The notes under the pieces: generated by a model
Told to the model about the DNA's origin: nothing
Databases searched by the model: none
Seen by the model: only the letters and a program-made list of their open reading frames with translations
Translations under genes and position numbers: made by a program
Assembly: GCF_018350175.1 (NCBI RefSeq)
Contig: NC_058373.1
Coordinates: 111,912,001-111,976,000 of the forward strand
From: Felis catus
Taxonomy: Eukaryota
Direction of reading: 5' to 3'
DNA: 64,000 nt
In this document: piece by piece, positions 13,825 through 25,267 of the stretch
How positions within the stretch are numbered: the stretch's first letter is position 1
How the letters are laid out: the number at the start of each line of letters is the position of its first letter

Positions 13825-14437
13825 TGCTGTGGACTGAATGTTTGTATCTCCCTACCCCAAATTCTTATGTTAAAGCCCTAATCCCCAATATGATGGCATT
13901 TGGAAGTGGAATTTGAGCGAGGCAGTTAGTTTTGGAGGAGGTCTTGGGGATGGAGCCTCCATGATGAAATTGGCATCTGTATAAAGAGATTAAGAGAGCA
14001 GTGCTCTCTCTGCCATGTGAGGACACAGGAAAAAAGTAGCTGTCTACAAGTCAAGAAGAAGTCCCCCACCATAACCTGACCATACTGGCACCCTATCTTG
14101 GACTTGCAGCCTCCAGAATGGTGAGAAGTAAATATTTATTGTTTAAGCCATCCAGCCTATGGTATTTTTGTTAAAGCAGCCTAAGCCTGGGGTACCTGGG
14201 TGGCTCAGTCGGTTAAGCATCTATTGATTCTGGCTCAGGTCATGACCTCACGGTTCATGAGTTTGAGTCCCATGTCAGATTCCATGCTGACAGTGCAGTC
14301 TGCTTGGGATTCTCTGTCTTCCTTTCTCTCTGCCCTTCCCTGGCTCATTCTCTCATTCTCTCTCTCTCTCTCTCTCCAAAATAAATAAATAAGCATTTAA
14401 AACAATTTTTTTTAAAGTAGCCCAAGCCTACAAAGAT
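13825..14437 (+). mobile_element. MLT1A-like solo LTR (SINE inserted near its 3' end)
   Basis: Starts TGCTGTGGACTGAATGTTTGTATCTCCC; contains GCCATGTGAGGACACAG and GGACTTGCAGCCTCCAGAATGGTGAGAAGTAAAT; 3' end degenerate. Confidence 0.88.
14189..14413 (+). mobile_element. Can-SINE
   Basis: GGGGTACCTGGGTGGCTCAGTCGGTTAAGC head, (CT)n, AATAAA tail; degenerate TSD AAAGCAGCCTAAGCCT (14173-14188) / AAAGTAGCCCAAGCCT (14414-14429). Confidence 0.93.
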
Positions 14438-14994
14438 GGGGGAGAATATGGAGAACATATCTGTTTTATACAACAACACTGTATCCCTAGCATCTCATAC
14501 TGTGCAGTGAATTGGCACTTAACTCATATTTATTGAGTGAATGACCATTAATTGTTGCTGTCGATAAGAGAAAAGGCCAGCATCCTTCCAGTGGATCAGA
14601 GTCTGAGCATACTCTCCACCTTATTACTTTGGCAGAGGGTCTTACTGACTGCTCAGTAGACCCTTATGTCCTATGAGGACTGCTCATTGGACGTAAGTGA
14701 TGCACTTTGGGCACTCAGCCAAGGTCCTTGTCTCCAAAGTATCAAAGGACACTTTAGAACTCCAAGACTATGTGGGCCTGTTCATCTTTCATCTCATGGA
14801 GGGGGGGTCTTTTCCCTTGAGAACTACCAACTCTTTGATACTTCCCAAACTACATCAACTCCACAACTGAGCCCAGCCACCCTCTGGCTTGGGCTTAAGT
14901 TTATGTTTTATCATTTTCTCCCTCAGTCAGGCAGCACCCAGCCACTTGCATGAAGCAGAGGTGTTCAGTTTTGCAGTCAATAAAGCCAATTATT

Positions 14995-15490
14995 TGTATC
15001 AGTTTCCTGTGGCTACTATAACAAATTACCACAAATTAAACACATATTTATTACCTTACAGTTGTGCAGGTAGACACCTGAAGCAAGTCTCACTGGGCTA
15101 AAATTACTGTGTTGGGAGAACTGTGTTCTCTTCTGGAAGCTATAGGGGGAGAATCCCATTCCTTGCCTCTTGCCCATTCTACAGGCTGCCCACATTCCCG
15201 GGCTTTCACCCCTTTCCTTCATCTTCAAAACCAACAGGTTACATCTCTCTGCTCATTCTTCCATAGTCACATGTTCCTTTCCTGCTCTTCCTGAATTTCC
15301 CCCTTCCACATTTAAGGATTCTTGTGACTATATGGAGGTCCACTCAGATGATCCAGGATAATCTCCTCATCTCAGGACCTTACCTTAATCACATCTGTAA
15401 AGTCACTTTTGCCTTGTAAAGGTTCCAAGGATTAGAACACATGAACTAGTTTGTGGGGACTAGGGTGGGGGCATTATTGTCTCTACTGCA
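14995..15490 (-). mobile_element. MLT1C/D-like LTR
   Basis: TGTATCAGTTTCCTGTGGCTACTATAACAAATTACCACAAA...ATCCAGGATAATCTCCTCATCTCAGGACCTTACCTTAATCACATCTG...CA. Confidence 0.88.
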
Positions 15491-15819
15491 CTGGTAAATT
15501 ATTCCCAGGACAAGTCTCAAAAAACAGGTGAAGAGGTTGTAGCTCCACAACTGACAGTTCCTCTGAGGATTCAAGGAATACAATAAGAAAGAGGTGAGGA
15601 TTGGAACACTGATTAATAAACAAAAGGAGTGGTAGAATCCTCATGCCAGTGAGACCCATTCTCTAGCACATCATCAACTGCAATCAATAAAAGCCAGCTG
15701 TGAAAACATTTTAAGCCTGAAGAAAACGATGTTAAATAATAGACTCAAGAAGTGGGAAGTCTCTGATATTTGCTAATAACAAATTTGGGGTATTCTGGGG
15801 TAAATCTTAAAGCTATTTG

Positions 15820-16420
15820 TGCCAGGAATTATTTCAACTGCAAATAACAGATGCAAATAACTGCAAATATTTGCAAATAACTGCAAATAACCACATGAAA
15901 GTGGCTTAAGCAATAAAGACATTTTATTATTTCATGTAACAGAAAACTCAGAGGTAGGTAGTTCCAACATGCGGGCAGCAGCTGAGCATCAGCCAAGACC
16001 CAGGCTCTCTCATCTTTCTGCTCTTTCTCAGGTCAGTCATGTCTCCCCTTGTGGTAGTAAGATGGCTGCCACAGTTCCAAGAATCATGTCCTTGCAGAAC
16101 ATCATCCCAAGCACAAGGGGTGAGCATGGGGAAGAGGACCCTTTCTTCTCCTTCTGCTATCTTTCATCAGACATGAAAACTTTCCCACAAGTAGCCAGTA
16201 GACTTCACCTCAGATCTCACTCTCAGTGGGCCAGTTAGGTCACATGCCCACTCTTTGGCTATTTCTTGGCAAAGAGGAATGACATTCCATAATTGGCCTA
16301 GACTAACCAGAGTTGTCCCTCTGGGGGTGAGCACATTGCCACTCCAAGTAGAACTGGGGGTCTCCTAAAACAGAAGAAGGAGAAAAGCTATTGGGTTGAC
16401 AACCAATGGTGTGTGTCTCA
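15820..16420 (-). mobile_element. MLT1J/K-like old MaLR LTR
   Basis: AGTGGCTTAAGCAATAAAG, AAGATGGCTGCCACAGTTCCA, GGCCAGTTAGGTCACATGCCCAC motifs. Confidence 0.75.
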
Positions 16421-17154
16421 AAAACATTAGCTGCTGTTTATTTTTCAGTGTGCTAACACATAAATAGGTGGCTCTCCATTCAGAACAAAACAAGTTTTTT
16501 GTTTAGATCTGAGATACATATCAAGCTAATCTTCTCATCAATTTGGACCAGAATGATTATGGTAATATACACAGTTAGTCTAACTTTACCTAATTTTGTG
16601 TCAAAAATAAGCAAAGACATTAAAATTTGTATCCAGGGACAGATTCCTATGTGGTAATCATCCATTGTAAGCTATTTATTAAATACCTGTAATATCCCTG
16701 GAACAGGAGCTAAGCACTAGGTTTAAGATATAGTTCCTCTCCTTGAATAGTTACAATAGAGATGGTTAAGTATTATTACAGGTGCAAGTACATGGAACAA
16801 GGAGAGCCCTATGTTGGGGTTATGGAGAATGTTTGGAGGATGTGACACTTTAGAGATAACTGAAGGACAAATGGGGTTAGCCAAATGAGGCATGAGATGG
16901 GGACTAAGTTATGGGGTGAGGAGAGGATGAGGAAGTATTCCAGATGAAGGAACTAGCTGTGAAAAGGCCTAGAAGTAAGACTTCTTTTTTGAAAGACTTT
17001 ATTTTTGAAAATAAATATAATTCAATATGGCAGGACCAGAGTGATTAGTGGTGTGAGGAGATAGACTGGAGTCACATCATGAATTCAGACTCTCTCTCAA
17101 GGACAGTGGTGAGTTACATAATCGGATTTGCATGTTAGAAATCTAGCTGTTGGT

Positions 17155-17393
17155 GGGGCACCTGGATGGCTCACTCGGTTGGGTATCCAACCTTGGCTCA
17201 GGTCATTGTCTCACAGTCTGTGAGTTTGAGCCCCGTGTTGGGCTCTATGCTGACAGCTCAAAGCCTGCTTTGGATTCTGTCTCCCTCTCTCTCTGTCCAC
17301 CGCCCCCTCCCGTCCGCTCTCACTCTGTCTCTCTCTCAAAAAAAAAAAAACAAAAAACAAACAAACAAAAAAAAACCCACACACATAAAAATT
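17155..17393 (+). mobile_element. Can-SINE
   Basis: GGGGCACCTGGATGGCTCACTCGGTT head, (CT)n and A-rich tail; 16-bp TSD AAATCTAGCTGTTGGT at 17139-17154 and 17394-17409. Confidence 0.95.
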
Positions 17394-17430
17394 AAATCTA
17401 GCTGTTGGTGGAAAATGGATTAGAGAGGTC

Positions 17431-17859
17431 CAGTGGTAGACTGTATTATTGGCCCTATTGCTTTCTGCTCCCTGCATCCACACTGTTGCCATGGCCTCAT
17501 AGTGAGCCAAATATATTTCTCCACCTTTTGACTTTAGGCCAGGACATGTGACTTGTTTTGGCCAATGGCATGTGGGTAGAAGCAATCATGTGCCATTTCT
17601 AAGCTGAGTCCTTAAGAAACCTTGGGTATTTCCTCTCGCCCTTTTGTACCTCTGTTTTTGCCATGAGGAGAACGTGCTGTGGCCAGTTCACTGGGTCCAG
17701 GAGGAAGAGAGGAGACAAGTGGAGCAGAACCACTCCAGCTGCTATAGTCTAAAGCATAGCCGACTCAGTTGCCCCACAAACTCATAAATGTTTTTGCCTT
17801 TACGGGATGTTGAGATTCTTCACTATGCAGCATCATTGTGACAACTACTAACTAAGAGA
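17431..17859 (+). mobile_element. MLT1H/I-like LTR
   Basis: CATGTGACTTGTTTTGGCCAATGGCATGTGGGTAGAAG...CTGCCATGAG-like...ATGCAGCATCATTGTGACAACTACTAACTAA. Confidence 0.8.
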
Positions 17860-20134
17860 AGGCCACACTAAAAACAGAGTGGTGTATTAGGAGACTATTG
17901 TAGCTGAAGGAGAAAGCTTATAGTCACCTGAACCAAGATAATGAGGATGGGGATGGACAAAAACAGACAGATTCAAAAGATATGAGAAAACAGAATTGCT
18001 ATGACATAGTAGGCATAGAAAGGAGTTGCTTATGAAAGTCCCCTGAGGTTGTTTCTTGGATAATTATCCACTGAGATGGGGAGCACAAAGGGAGGATGAT
18101 GTGTTTTGTTATGCTGAATTTGAGGCATCTGTGAGATATCCAAGAGAAGAGGTCCAGTAGACATGGATCTAGAGCTTGGGAAAGGTCTAAGCTGAGCCAT
18201 AAATGAACATGCAGGTGGTCAACAAAGCCATGGGCCTAGATAAAGACCCTTGAGAAAAAGTACAGAGCAAAAATGTGGAGGATAGAATTCTAAGGAAGCT
18301 GCACTCAAGGACAAAACTACAAGAGTCTTCAAAGAAGACCAAGGAAAAGTAGCCAAAAGAGAAAAAGAAATACCCAGGGAGTGTAGTGTCTGGGAGCAAA
18401 GAATAAGAGGGCTCTAAAAAAAAAGGAGGGTGTGGTCAATTGTGCAGAAAACTGGTGAGGAAAGAGGTAAAGAATTTACGAGGAACCACAAAGAATCTAC
18501 CTAATTTACAAAGAAAGGAAAGATATTTTTGCCCCAGAAAGTCAACATAGTCCTAACCCCAAGGTCAGACGCTGAGATTCGTTGAGATGTTCAGAAAGTG
18601 AGCAAAAGCAAGATTCAGGGCATTTTGAGACATTATCCTCTCCTGGTCCCTCTGGATGAGTGGTGCATTGGAGAAGAACTTTGCTTTCCCTGCAGCAGGT
18701 TACCATGTCATCCATGCTACTCTACCAAGAGGTCTTGGCAAGCCTGACAAGTCCAGTAGAAGCAGTGTCTGATAGGTGCCAGGGCTGTCCACAGTCCCTC
18801 TGACTCATTTCCCATTAATTCGGGTGAATTTTCTGAATGCCTTGGAAGCCTCTAATCGATCCAGCCTGGCTTCTGCTGTCGGGACCCATGGTAACACCTG
18901 CTTTCAACAGCATAGTTGGCTCTTTCCCCTTGTGTTCTGGAGTCTGAGTTCTATAGACCAGCTGGGGGCTAAAATATCAATACCCCTCTGAGGGAGGACA
19001 GGAGGACATGCTGGAGAGGAGGTGAGAACGTGAGCATGTTGAGGAGTGAAAGTCTTGCATGGCTCACATGCAAACACACATGGCCACAGTGCCCAACACA
19101 GGATCTGCTGGGGCTCTCAAACAATTACCACATTTATGACCTCAATGATTACTCAGGTTGGGGAACACCAGAAGTTTGTTTTCTTTTTCAATTGGAACTG
19201 ACATTTCCCCACGATTGGATTCCTTTGAAATCACGGAATTGCAGCCCAGATAGTTCATAAATTTATTCTGTTCCACCTTGTAGCATTTATTACGAAGACC
19301 GATCAGCCAAAGAATATGGCCTTTCTGCTTTTTATTTCCTGCTTTACTGCAGTCACTTTTAAGATACGGTGATGTGGTTGGCAGGATGGGGGTGACTCAC
19401 AGGCAGTGGTAAGGGTGTGACTGAGTAGAGAGAGGCATCCTGTTGCTCTCTGGGACTCCATCTTTTGCCTACTCCAGCCAGTCTCCTGGAGGAAGGGTCT
19501 GGAAGAAGATATCAAGCGTCCTGGGGGAAGCAGGTGCAGAGGGGAAACTGCACACCACGGTGGAGGCCACCCCAGAAGAATTAGAGTAGAGCAGCCATTC
19601 TCTCCCACCTCCACCCCCTTCAGCCATCTTTGAGTCTAAAGGAAAGAATCATTGGTGAGAGTGTTCTGGAGAGGAATTCTGGGACTTTGGGCAGCTGAAG
19701 TTTGTGAGTCCTCATGTGCATATGTTGGGGGGATGGTGTGAGACAGAAAGACTTATTTGTTATACAAACATTTACCTACTAGTGGCAGACTTTGGGTGAG
19801 AGCATGAGGACTCAACATTGAATTGTCTCTGTCCTCCAGATGCTCCCAGTCACACGGGGTCACTGAGCTGAGAGTGGGGACAGGGTGGGCCCAGGGTGCC
19901 ACAAGAGCACTAGGAAGAGCTTCCCGGAGGAAGTAGAGGCTGCTGCTCGGAAGGCCCCTTTGATGTGAGATAAGTGCCCTCTAAGTTGTTAGGCCCCAGG
20001 TGCTGAATAGGAAAGAAGGTAGAGGTGCAGGACCAAAGCCCATTCCAAGAACGACAGTTGTGTATTTGGTAGGCTAGCAGGGTGGAGAAGAATTCTCCTG
20101 TGTTGATATCGTGGCCCTCTCATTTTCTGGCTCT

Positions 20135-20285
20135 GTGGCCATAACCTTTTTGTATCTCTATTTCTTTAGTGTATAAAGTGTGCGAAGATAACTTGCCTCA
20201 TCGGGTTGCTGAGGGGACTGAGTGAGAAAATCCACGTAAAGTCCGAGGAGTGCTTTCCCACCAGGTGCTCTCGGTAAGTACCAGC
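20135..20285 (+). mobile_element. MIR fragment, unusually GC/CpG-shifted
   Basis: GCCTCATCGGGTTGCTGAGGGGACTGAGTGAGAAAATCCACGTAAAG aligns with the MIR core ACCTCATAGGGTTGTTGTGAGGATTAAATGAG...ATGTAAAG. Confidence 0.7.
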
Positions 20286-22808
20286 TCTTACCAGGGCAGG
20301 ACCCGACGCCGTATGAGTTTCAGAAAGGACAGGGAGAACAAGGAACACCAGGGTCCGCACCTTTGTTCCTTGGGCCCTATTCACACAGAATGGGTGGCCG
20401 ACCCCGTCAGAATCGGCCCGAGAGTTAATGTACAATTACTTTAAATGGAAAAAGGAGAGCAAAGTTTTTCTTCATCTCTTGTATGCCTTATTCAGGGTTT
20501 AAATACCAGTCATAATTCTCATTCATTTCCTTGTGAAATAAATGGCAAGGAGCATGGTCTACTTCTAATGGGGAGAATGAAACCTCCCATTGGTTAACTA
20601 ACTCATCCCCAATCCCACACTGAGATTATTGAAGAGTGGGGACCTGAACTCTGATCCTCTAAACCACAGGCTCAGGCCTCCTAATAAATCAGCAGGCTTC
20701 CTGTCTGTCATTTACTACCCAGCTAGATCTTCCCTCCACCGTTGCTGAACTGCTCACACAAGGTGGAATGATTTCATCGCGCAAGTCACGGTTCAGAAAC
20801 AGAAAATGTTGCCTCAGGCATTTTCTTGGATGTTTGATTTTAATATCAAAGCTGGTTCTGACCATAAGGAGCAAATACCAAGTGACTGACTCTCTTAGAT
20901 TTCTCAGACAGCTGAGACTGGAGGCTAGAAGCAAACTAGCCTTAACGGGTCAGCAGAAGGGACAGGGGCACCAGGTGACTTTTATTGGTGTGAGTGGGAA
21001 CTTGACTCTGCCGTCTAACTCTGCTCTGCTGTTCACCCAAAGGAAGACTGTGGCTTTTAATTACAGAAAATCAGTAGCTAGAATTATTAATAATAACAAA
21101 AGAAGCTGTTTGCACAGCAAGTAATTTGTGGTAATGTTTTGCAATTGATAGTCATTTCTATTATTTAAACACTAATTAATTCATGGACTCAGGAATGTAT
21201 TGACTTTACTTACAGTGTTATGGCAGCCCTCCTAGCTTAAAACCATTCCTTACTGGTTCCTTTAGATAATTCAAATGCACTGTTTATTTGTTCTAGTTGT
21301 GGGTGTTTATAGGGCTTGCACCTTCTGAGAAAGCCTTATGGGCAGTTTACATAAAAATGACCACTCATAAGGTCTGGTCCTTCTAAAGAGTTAGTCTGAT
21401 GCTTTTCTTACCAGTAGAATTCCCAGAACATCCCTCGGTTATTTGTTGAAAAGTCTCCTGTTGTTGGTGGTTTTCTATGGCCCATCTGCAAACTGAGAAG
21501 AGTGGATTCTGTGAATGCAGCTGTCATTTTGCAGCAATGTCCTGGCAGGTCTGGCTTTTCTGCAGACAAGTTTCATAGAAATCCTTCCACCTCCCCAGGC
21601 CCACAGGTCTGCTCTCTGGGCTGCAAAATGAGGGAGATGAAGTGGTCAGCCTTGCAAGTTTTCGAAGCTATAAATTTGAATAAGTTAAGAGAATAAGTGA
21701 ATATGCTTTCTTGCAGGTACATTGACGGTTCTCACTGATGGCAAGGGAAAAAACAGAGGAAGATTCATGGGCCAGTGTCACTAGAGGATTCACTGCCGAC
21801 AGACATGAGCTGCCTGTTCCAGTTTAGTATCTCTGCATCTTCCTGAAGGCTGAGTTTTACTATTTGACTCCTATCCCTTTAAACAACAGGCTGCGCATAA
21901 AATAAAATCTACTGAATCTCAACAGAGGCTCTAGGCTGCTATTTTATAGAAGATATTCCAGAATATTTTTCCAAGTTTATTTACAAGATGGGAGTCTTTA
22001 CATTCCATTTATTGGACATATTAATTTTGTTTTTGTTTTTGTCTCAGGAAGACAAAGGAAGGCATTTATAAACTGTCAGGCTTCACCTCACAAGGTCAGA
22101 GCTGAAATCCCCATTTAGAAAAAGTCAACTCTAGAATGCAAATATGTTGTACTGTTACTGCTGGCTTGTGGCTGTGAAAGTCAGCTGGTTTCAGTCACCT
22201 TGAGAGATCACAATCATGGATTAATGTTCTTATAATTCCATTAGCTTTGTTCTGTTTTATGGTTTCATACCATAGTCCTAACTTCACTCAGCTCTTGCAA
22301 ATGTGTGTTACTGGTTGTAAGAAACATTTATTCTAAATTGAAGTTTGGTACTGTGTTCTTGTTACCTGTGGATGGAATTTCTTCTCATCTTAGACCTACC
22401 AACGTTGAGTACTTTCCTGAATCACAACTGGAAAGGTCAAGTCTCTTGGTATAGGAAACCTTGTCTGCCTGGTTGAATCCTGACTTTCATATAGCATCCC
22501 CCAGCTCAATGGCTCTCCTATCATTTTCCTAAGCAAGTCTAATGTCAGGTCTAAACTTTACCCCACACTTCTCTGCCGAGCCTTGAGTAAGCTGTTGTGA
22601 GCCTTGCCAACCCATCATGAGATGCAGCCAGGGACAGAACCTCTTAGGATATTGTACAACATTTGGAAGAGATCAAACAAGCAGACATGGTCACATTTTA
22701 AATAAGGAAATTGTCAGAGAACCAAAGGGCTACCCAAAAAATTGACTTTGGACTTCCCTTTGGTTGGAATTCATCAAGAAATAATGTGGATGAAAGCAAC
22801 TAAGCTTT

Positions 22809-23025
22809 GGGGCTGCTGGGTGGCTCAGTTGGTTGAGCGTCTGACTTTGACTTAGGTCATGATCTCGCTGTTTGTGGGTTTGAGCCCTGCATCGGGCTCT
22901 GTGCTGACAGCTTGGAGCCTGGAGCCTGCTTCAGATTCTGTGTCTCCCTCTCTCTCTGCTCCTCCCCCACCTGCACTCTCTCTCTCAAGAATAAATAAAT
23001 ATTAAAAAAAATTCTTTAAAAAAAA
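22809..23025 (+). mobile_element. Can-SINE (SINEC_Fc type)
   Basis: Full head, body and tail; TSD GAAAGCAACTAAG(C/A)TTT at 22792-22808 and 23026-23042. Confidence 0.95.
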
Positions 23026-23049
23026 GAAAGCAACTAAGATTTTCTTTTT

Positions 23050-23600
23050 TAATAAAATAAAAATAATGAGGAGGGACATGCCCTAGACTTCAAAATATAC
23101 TATTAAGCTGAAAAATAAAATAAATAAACATTTTGGTACAACTAGAAAAATACACATATTAAGAAGACATAACCTAGATATAGTCCTTGAGATTTATAAT
23201 TGATCTATAATAAAGGAAGAATTACAAATTCAACAAATGGATTTGGGGTAATTAGATGTTTCAGGAGGAAAAGAATTAACTTAAATATTACTCCCACAGC
23301 ATTTTATAAAATAATTTTAAATGAGTGAGATATATGAGAGAAGTGTATACACACACACACACACACATACACATATGTACACACACATACACACACACAA
23401 TGAAACTTAAAATATCATAAGAAATTGTAAAAAGATTTTTATGTGACATCTATATGGTAAAGGACTTTTTAAACATAAAAATAATAGAAGTTCAAATAGA
23501 TTTGACTAAATAAAAATTTAAAACACTGTATCTATTTTAAAAAAAATCATTGTCAATATTCAAAGACAAACTATGAAAAAATGCTTATCAAACGAGGAAA
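23050..23600 (+). mobile_element. Old L1 (L1M/L1ME) ORF2-region remnant with imperfect (CA)n
   Basis: A-rich; CCTAGACTTCAAAATATACTATTAAGCT, ATTCAACAAATGG and ATAGATTTGACTAAATAAAAATTTAAAAC resemble L1 ORF2; (CA)-rich run at 23349-23399. Confidence 0.6.
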
Positions 23601-24624
23601 GCAAATGACAGTGGATCAGTTTTTAAGTCTCCCAGAATTCCCACACAAAGATGAAGCAGCTAGAGAGCAAAAAATTAAAAAGCCATGGACAACATTTCCA
23701 ACAAGTCCAAGCGACAAGGTATCCCCAGAAACCCCAAAACACAAGTAGGCAGGGCACATCACCAGTAGCTTCAAGATCTGTAAGGTATTAGCAGGTGTAT
23801 CAGAGGAAGCTGAAGGAGGGAGGGGAAGCTGAGAGAAGTACAGCCAATTTGAGAACAGCAGCTGAATCTAGAAAGGAGTTTGCCCAATCCAATAGCAGTG
23901 AGTGAAAGGGGGTCTGGGATGAGGCCTTGAGGGGCTCTGGGGCAGTCTTTATACTGCCTACTCTCGAGAGTGACCACTCGGAACTCTCCCCTGGGAGAGT
24001 TTTCAACAATTATATAGGTTGTGGCAATTTTTGTATTGTTATTCTGATAATGTTGTGTGTGTGAGATGGGCTAAAGCAAATGAGTACTTATGGAATGTTC
24101 TACCATCTCCTACATCCTTGAGAACCAGGATTTTGGCATGGAGGAAAGGAGATACAGATGTACTACAGAGGAGGTTAAGTACGTGAAAATCTTACAGCCC
24201 TGAAATTGAATCGGAAGGATGAATACGAACTCATGAGGTGTGTGCATGCAGAATATGATATACGTGGTCCTAAGAATGATCGCCGTGTGCAAAACCATTG
24301 CATAAAAGCCACAAGGCTTATGGCAGAAATGAGAATAAAGGCACAACACTCAAACACTTCATCGGTGACATTTTTTTAAGGGTAGACATTTAGCAAAGAT
24401 GGTGGCGCGATTCTATACATGTTAAATGGGTAAGAAATACATAAATAGGACAATAAATATGGCACTTTGCCTTGAACAAGACCTGAGGGTTGCTTGTGGA
24501 AGGGGGCATCGGAAGGGTGTGGCTTGTTGGTTATTGTGAAGCAGTGGGAAGGAGGCTTAGTTGAAACCGGGTAGAAAGTTGGAATACCTGCTGTGTGTGG
24601 GCGGCTGGCTCATTAGCCTCTGTT

Positions 24625-24910
24625 GGGCATTGGTGCTGAGCACCAGAGTTCCGAGATCTTTTGTAGCCTTAAATCCTGGGTCATGTTTTTCTGCCTTTGA
24701 GATGGAGGCTGTTTGAGCATTGCATTTATAATAGATACCTGTTTCATCACCATCGAGATTGTGACCCGATGCACAGCTTCTTCGGGTAGCTTCTGTGTCG
24801 CTGCTGGAAATTCTTTTGCTGCTTTCTAGTCTGTACTTGTGGCTTCACCTGACAGCTGAAAATTCTGGAGATTGGAGATATTCCAAACCACCAAACCAGC
24901 CACTCATCGC
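24625..24910 (-). pseudogene. Decayed pogo/Tigger DDE transposase fragment
   Basis: Manual minus-strand translation: SGWF...GEATSTD*KAAKEFP, then a frameshift, then DGDETGIYYKCNAQTASISKAEKHDPGFKATKDLGTLVLSTNA, matching the CENP-B/Tigger pattern GEA..., DETG, PGFKA.KDR.TL...NA. Confidence 0.85.
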
Positions 24911-25036
24911 AGCAAAAGATGCCACTTCTGCAGGATTTGGCAATTTGGGTTTAAGGCCTTTGTGTATAGCTGTGCTTTCTCTCTGTCTGTTGGAAAGATT
25001 AGTCCTGATTGTTTTTTCACTGTTTCATGTATTCTT

Positions 25037-25267
25037 TTTTTTATTAAAAAAAAAATTTTTTTAAATGTTTATGTATTTTGGGGACAGAGAGAGACAGAGC
25101 ATGAATGGGGGAGGGGCAGAAAGAGAGGGAGACACAGAATCGGAAACAGGCTCCAGGCTCTGAGCCATCAGCCCAGAGCCTGACGTGGGGCTTGAACTCA
25201 GGGACCGCGAGATCGTGACCCGAGCTGAAGTCAGACACTTAACCGACTGAGCCACCCAGGCACCCCG
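25037..25267 (-). mobile_element. Can-SINE (SINEC_Fc) inside Tigger
   Basis: 16-bp TSD TGTTTCATGTATTCTT at 25021-25036 and 25268-25283; typical body CGGAAACAGGCTCCAGGCTCTGAGCCATCAGCCCAGAGCC. Confidence 0.96.

Larger units (their letters stand above)
13554..14545 (+). mobile_element. L2 3' end (copy B of local duplication), interrupted by LTR and SINE
   Basis: CTCAGGGCCTTTGCACATGATATTCC at the start; resumes at about 14438 and ends TATTGAGTGAATGA. Confidence 0.75.
16670..18480 (-). mobile_element. L2 LINE fragments interrupted by SINE and MLT1
   Basis: TATTTATTAAATACCT (tail region), GAGTGGTGTATTAGGAGACTATTGTAG, ATGCTGAATTTGAGGCATCTGTGAGATATCCAAG; boundaries approximate. Confidence 0.65.

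Noticed and set aside
7347..15490. Similar starts of the MLT1 copies at 7347 and 14995 as an extension of the duplication
   Set aside because: The similarity is explained by the shared LTR family; their flanks do not match.
21700..21830. Acceptor-like CTTTCTTGCAG followed by purine-rich sequence
   Set aside because: All three frames close within about 70 bp and there is no clear donor.
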